Shown in pieces: positions 56,921 through 64,000 of a stretch of 64,000 nucleotides of DNA. The notes below the pieces were generated by a model that was given only the letters and a program-made list of their open reading frames with translations, was not told the origin of the DNA and ran no database searches. The DNA comes from Octopus vulgaris (taxonomy: Eukaryota). Made by a program: the position numbers and the translations under genes. The stretch spans positions 10,974,001 to 11,038,000 of the forward strand of contig OX597815.1 in assembly GCA_951406725.2 (NCBI GenBank), given 5' to 3'. The number at the start of each line of letters is the position of its first letter. The first letter of the stretch is position 1.

Positions 56921-57909
56921 CACACACGCGCGCGCACAAACACACATACACACACATGCACACGCACACATGCTCTTACATACACACATATATTTATTGT
57001 TCTTATACAAGAACGTTGTTGTCAGTGACTTCGACGTTTCGGCCAGCTAAGCCTTCGTCGGAGTCACTGTCAACAACATTCTTGTATTAGAATAATAAAT
57101 TGAGCAATAATAAATCTCTGAATGAGATGTAAACAGTAACTACACGACAACATAAAGTATAATAGCCATCTCAATATGGCTAACCACTAAGGGTGGGTGT
57201 TACTGTAGCTTGTAGCCCCAGGAGATCATCGTCTCCAGCTGGCTTTGGGCACACTTTCTGTGCCCTTATGGTATAATAAATAATAAATAATAAATTGGTT
57301 CTCTACAAAAGTATGGAGTAACCCATCAAATTAACGTAAGAATTGTTTTTAATATAACAACTGAACATAAAAACACACTCACACACACATATGCACACAT
57401 GCTCACATATATGTACGTACACACACACATATATATACACACACTCATATATATGTACACACACATATTTGTATGTGTGTGTGTTTGTGCGTATTTATAT
57501 TACATTAATTACAAGCAGAAATTTCAATCATTGCGTCACTCTAAGTTGGTGACACGTAAGGCGACCATAACAGCGAAAATGTTATCGAGAGAAACTCATT
57601 GCAATCTGTAAGCAATATATTGAACTTGGAGAGAAACCAATTTTTCCCTCCCAGTTTGTACTGAAAGCAACGACTGCAGAACTACACATGTTTTTATAAA
57701 ATGGAACATTGTGAACACAGCTCGCCCAAACAAAAAGCTAATAAAAGACTGGAGATTATGTTTGACTAAGAAATTACATATATTAAAACATCCAGCAACA
57801 TAGGTGAACAACTGATCTGAAATAGTATTTCTCTTTCCTTACACACACCGAAGACTGGTTCTTTCGGAGAAGTGTTATCAGGAAAACACTCTGAAGTCAT
57901 ATTACCCAT

Positions 57910-58323
57910 TTCTTTACTACCCACAAGGGGCTAAACACAGCAGGGACAAACAAGGACAGACAAAGGGATTAAGTCGATTATATCGACCCCAGTGCGTAAC
58001 TGGTACTTAATTTATCGACCCCGAAAGGATGAAAGGCAAAGTCGACTTCGGCGGATATTGAACTCAGAATGTAGCGACGGGCGAAGTACCTATTTCTTTA
58101 CTACCCACAAGGGGCTAAACTCAGAGAGGACAAACAAGGACAGACAAAGGGATTAAGTCGATTATATCGACCCCCTGCGCGTAACTGGTACTTAATTTAT
58201 CGACCCCGAAATGATGAAAGGCAAAGTCGACCTTGGCGGAATTTGAACTCAGAACGTAACGGCAGACAAAATACGGCTACGCATTTCGCCCGGCGTGCTA
58301 ACGTTTCTGCCAGCTCACCGCCT
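57910..58323 (-). mobile_element. SINE A dimer with TSD
   Basis: tctg(a/c)agtcatattacc on both flanks. Confidence 0.88.
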
Positions 58324-58544
58324 TTCTGCAGTCATATTACCAACAAATCAATGCTATTAAGCAAATGAAGAGTGGCCTCTATTCGCCAACAGCAGATGAA
58401 AGTGGTGCGTTGCCATCCTTACACTGAAGTCAAGTCAGTTAGCCATGTCAGCAAAATTTTACCTGGCAGCTTCAACCAATGATAATTTGCTTAAACTGTT
58501 TTACCACCTCCTCTCTTTTTCTTCCACACTCTCTCTTTCTCTGT

Positions 58545-58593
<49 letters not shown>

Positions 58594-58952
58594 CACGCAC
58601 ACTCGCGCACATCGTGTACAATAGGCATTGAAAACACACAGACATGTCTAGTTTAATAAGCATTAGAAACCTCACCGGGAAGAATCATGTGTAGAATGAA
58701 AAGCAATATTAGTCATTGGTTAATATTTTTTTGAATTATGTCGGATAGTATGCGAGACAATTCTGGATATGTTTTGGTTACATTATGATGGTATCAGTAA
58801 ATACTGAAGTAGTGTCTGGAGAAATCAGCGAGTTATGTGCAAGATTGCACTCTGACTGGAACAAAAAAACTAACTAAATTTTAAGGGAATAAATTATTCA
58901 GCTATGTTATCTTATTCACAAACATTTGTTATTATATATTATACTGCGTATT

Positions 58953-58988
<36 letters not shown>

Positions 58989-59115
58989 GCACACACGCAC
59001 AGAATAAATAATATGGGTGGCAATCTTACAACCTAAAGGCAAAAAGATATACTTCACTAAAATTACTGAAAGACACTAATGAGCAACAGTAGTGTTCATT
59101 AGGCACGGAAAACAA

Positions 59116-59512
59116 GGCGATGAGCTGGCAGAATCGTTAGCACGCCGGGCGAAATGCTTAGCGGTATTTCGTCTGCCGTTACGTTCTGAGTTCAAATTCC
59201 ACCGAGGTCGACTTTCCCTTTCATCCTTTCGGGGTCGATTAAATAAGCACCAGTTACGCACTGGGGTCGATATAATCAACTTAATCCGTTCGTCTGTCCT
59301 TGTTTGTTCCCTCTGTGTTTAGCTCCTTGTGGGTAGTAAAGAAATAGGTATTTCGTCTGCTACTACGTTTTGAGTTTAAATTCCGCCGATGTCGACTTGG
59401 CCTGTCATCCTTGAGGAGTCGATAAATTAAGTACCAGTTGCGTACTGGGGTCGACTTAATCGACTGGCCTCTTCCCTCAAAATTTCTGGTCTTGTGCCTA
59501 AAGTAGAAAAGA
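59116..59512 (+). mobile_element. SINE A dimer (tailX then tailY)
   Basis: Same layout as the end of the 41428 array. Confidence 0.88.
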
Positions 59513-60512
59513 ATCGGCACGGAAAGACCTATCATAATGACTGACAAGGGAATTAGCCACCCATATTATTATTTATAATTTTCACTTTTACCATTTATGA
59601 AATCAGCGTGTGATTTCAACGGAAATCTTATAAACTTACAAAGCGAGCCTAGTTTAACCCCAGGCGCGGTGAGAGTCTCTAATGAGCATTAAAATGCGAA
59701 ACCATCGATGATCTGGCTATGTCTGCTGTTAGAAGGAACTTGCCTCCCTCGTCAGTCATCAAGATAGTGATATCCGCTATTGAGTTGTTTTGACTAATTT
59801 CTAGTAATACTAATGCTAAATAGTGCCTTTAACCATTTTAGAGACGTAGTATGTACTTCCGCCTATATATGTACACACACACACACACACACACCACACA
59901 CACACATACATATATACACACACATAGATATTTATATGATATGGAGCTATGTGGGATTGTTGAATTAGCTGGTTTTATGTGTGTGGAATAGGATTGTAAC
60001 ATCCTTTTGATGGGAATAAAATGTATGACTTAACAGTTTGGTCTCTGTCTAGTTATGTATTTAGGAGTTTACTTAATTATTTAGTAGTTTACTTATTGAA
60101 TTTATTTACCGATACAGTTGTACATAGGGTAAATGTGCTTGAAATGTGTTGTTTTTGGTATGTTTGTTCTCAAACAACACTTATTTTAATGCTGTTGACA
60201 CCACCGGATTGAATGCTACTGGCCAGGTGTCGAAACCTTAATGATATCCGTGGGCCAGCTGATGATGGACGTATGCTGGGCTGTCGGTATGGCTGTTTCT
60301 GTATATGTGGAATAGTATTATAACACATCCTTTTGATATGTACGTATAGGCTCAGCCGTGGCAGTGAGTTAAGATGCTTCCTACCACACGGTTCCGGGTT
60401 TAGTCTAGTGTTACTAATTTTTAGTAATACTAGTGCTGAACAACGTCCTTTGTCACTTTAGTGATATATATATTTCTGCCTATATATTTACACACACACA
60501 CATACACACACA

Positions 60513-60584
<72 letters not shown>

Positions 60585-60597
60585 AGAAGCCCGTCGT

Positions 60598-60677
<80 letters not shown>

Positions 60678-61178
60678 TTGTGTGTCTGCGTTTGTCCCCA
60701 TAGCATTGCTTGATAACCGATGCTGGTGTGTTCATGTCCCCGTCACTTAGCGGTTTGGCAAAAGAGACCGATAAAATAAGTACTGGGCTTACAAAGAATA
60801 AGTCCCATGGTCGAGTTGCTCGATTAAAGGCGGTGCTCCGGCATGGCTGCAGTCAAATGACTGAAACAAGTAAAAGAGTAAAAGAGTATATATATTTATA
60901 TATATTCAATTCTTGGGGATTAATCGATATGCGGGTATTCTATTTCAGATAAGACAAAAATAACCTAATGACAGTAGACTCATGGTATCAGTTTGCACAT
61001 CATGAAATAATACTTAAAGCATATAACCAAGATTTCCAGTTGGGTATATAATGTACTTAATTAATTATATCAACACCCGACAACTGATGGAGGGTCAGTC
61101 TTCGTATTACTCGTCCGTTTTTCGCTCTCGTTATCTGCGTATTTAACTCATTAGTTTTCGTAGTTCATGTTGTTTACG

Positions 61179-61220
<42 letters not shown>

Positions 61221-61800
61221 TATAGGAAAGAAGGTTTGAAAATGCAAAGGTTTCTTTAGAGATGTTTATTTCTCTTTTGTAGTGTGTGTATATATACACA
61301 CAAGACAGAAGATGATGGATGGAAAAGTTGGTAATTCCCTTAAAATTCTGTGTAAATTCTTGAATATAATTCATTCTATATATATAATTCTACACAACCA
61401 TGATTTTTGATGAACTTTAAATAATTATGTATTTATTTTTCTATCTATTTTGAACACTTTCATGTAAACTGTATAAAACAAAAAAAAAACCCACTTAACA
61501 TTTTCTTATCATTGTCAAAAATTCTATTTTTTAACATTTTCTTATCATCAACAAAGACTATATAACTATTTTAATACAATTGTGATAACCATTTTTTAAT
61601 ACATCAAAGCTTATACAAAGTTTTACGTATTACTTTTGATAAGTGAAACCGGTCAAGTCAATAAACATCTCTAAAAGACCTCTGCATTTTCAAACCCTCT
61701 TTCCTGTATATTTTCACTCGTTCGGTACTTTGCAACTTTACTTTCTTATACATACATACATACATACATACATACATACATACATACATACATACATACA

Positions 61801-61834
<34 letters not shown>

Positions 61835-61851
61835 CATACACACACATGCAT

Positions 61852-61918
<67 letters not shown>

Positions 61919-61952
61919 CATATATATATATGTATGTATATACACACACATG

Positions 61953-62037
<85 letters not shown>

Positions 62038-62107
62038 ATTTTATTTGTTAGGGAAAAAAATTCCGGCATAACAGGGGTTCAAATTATTCTCAATGAAGAA
62101 ATATATA

Positions 62108-63438
62108 TTTTCATTTAGAGATAGTAGGCCCCTTCATCTCACCATATAAAAAAGAATTTTTATTTTAAATACTTACTATTTTATAACTTGGCTACACGTG
62201 TTTCATGAGGTACATTCACCGGTTCTTAAACCACTCCGTGTTTTGCTGGAATCCTTCTTAAAATGTGACCCCAATCATCAGGCCCTTTTATCACTTTATC
62301 ATCGTTCAATACTATAAACTATATTTTAATTTTTTAAAACCCATAAGTATGTGTAAAATAAGTACGTGTAAATTTGGTTCGCTAGACCCTACAGTACAAG
62401 CCATAATTCAGATAAAAATTCAAATAAAAAATTACAAAAATAAAATAAGAAAAAAATACGAAAAATTTACAAAATCTATGTTAGTAATATATAGGGTTAA
62501 AAATAAACTATATACTTGTGATAATATAAAATGATATAAAATGAAAGGAATTGCAAAAAAATATATACGAATAAAAATAAAAGGGATGGGAAGAAAAATA
62601 TATACGAATAAAGATACTAATAAACATGGAAGCAATGATGAATAAAGATTTTCGAATAAAAGCTATAGTACAAGTTACGAACTGCAAAATTTACAAGCGA
62701 TACGAATGATAACTTCTAAAAAATAAAATATACTAAAAGTAACTTGATGGTAACGTAAAGGAAAATATACAATTCACCGATGGCTCCATTATCATACAAT
62801 CGGTGAATTGTATATTTTCTTTTACGTTACCATCAATTTATTTTTATTTTATTTTATTTTATTTTTTGAAGTTATCATTCGTATTGCTTGTAAATTTTGC
62901 AGTTCATAACTTGTACTATAGCATTTATTCGAAAATCTTTATTCATCATTGCTTCTATGTTTATTAGTATCTTTATTCGTATATATTTTTATGCCATTCC
63001 TTTCATTTTATATCATTTTATATTATCACAAGTATATATTTTATTTTTAACTCTATATATTACTAACATAGATTTTGTAAATTTTTCGTATTTTTTTCTT
63101 ATTTTATTTTTGTAATTTTTTATTTGAATTTTTATCTGAATTATGGCTTGTACTGTAGGGTCCAGCGAACCTGATTTACACGTACCTATTTTACACAAAC
63201 TTATGGGTTTTAAAAGATTAAAATATAGTTTATAGTATTGAACGATGATAAAGTGATATAAGGGCCTGATGATTGGGGTCACATTTTAAGAAGGGTTCCA
63301 GCAAAACACGGAGTGGTTTAGGAACCGGGAAATGTACCTCATGAAAAATGAGTAGCCAAGTTATAAAATAGTAAGTATTTAAAATAAAAACTCTTTTTTA
63401 TATGGTGAGATGAAGGGGCCTACTATCTCTAAATGAAA

Positions 63439-63439
<1 letters not shown>
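62108..63439. mobile_element. 1.3-kb foldback palindrome (arms about 650-670 bp, 17-nt loop 62782-62798) with a hammerhead motif in each arm
   Basis: tttcatttagagatagtaggcccc... / ...ggggcctactatctctaaatgaaa; motifs 62190-62284(-) and 63263-63357(+). Confidence 0.85.
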
Positions 63440-63513
<74 letters not shown>

Positions 63514-64000
63514 GTCTGTCTGTACGCCTGTCAGTTTGTCTGCCTGCCTTGTACACCTGCCTGCCTGTTTGCTAGTCTGTCTGTCTGTCTATCTACCTAC
63601 CTATCTATATATTTTTTTGTTCATGCATTCTCTATGATGCACCTCTGTCAGTCATATACCCGCTGTCCAGATTCATTACATATTATCACTGCTTCATTTT
63701 TTACTCACATTTACCCATGGATTATGATAGCTTTCGGAGGCGCAATGGCCCAGTGGTTAGAGCAGCGGACTCGCGGTCATAGGATCGTGGTTTCGATTCC
63801 AAGACCGGGCGTTGTGAGTGTTTATTGAGCGTAAACACCTAAAGCTCCACGATGCTCCGGCAGGGGATGGTGGTGATCCCTGCTGTACTCTTTCACCACA
63901 ACTTTCTCTCACTCTTACTTCCTGTTTCTGTTGTACCTGTATTTCAAAGGGCCGGCCTTGTCACTCTCTGTGTAACGCTGAATATCCCCGAGAACTACGT

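Noticed and set aside
56266-57090. 274-aa ORF as a host gene
   Set aside because: LINE RT motifs, truncated before the catalytic YxDD, and the tail is (CA)n read-through.

Overview
AT-rich, repeat-saturated animal nuclear DNA, almost certainly octopus (a cox1 NUMT has octopod-type MRWEG/SNLAHMG motifs, and octopus-type tRNA-derived SINEs are abundant). Most of the ORF track is microsatellite noise. The real gene is on the minus strand and the ORF track misses it. Thirteen GT-AG exons (52848-52932 down to 9015-9086) splice in frame into signal peptide + one LDLa module + linker + LRRNT + nine 24-aa LRRs, the ectodomain of a relaxin-receptor-like (RXFP1/2, LGR3/4-type) receptor. I did not find its hinge/7TM exons, which probably lie left of the window. 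The introns hold SINEs (some as tandem arrays), non-autonomous Helitrons, mariner/Tc1 remnants, R4/Dong-like, CR1/L2-like and L1/Tx1-like LINE fragments, and the NUMT. The most unusual signal is about a dozen type-I hammerhead-ribozyme-like motifs of the Penelope-associated minimal type. They sit in (TA)n-embedded elements, several of which are long foldback palindromes, and some fold back at the hammerhead stem II. All calls were made by eye, without database searches or folding software.
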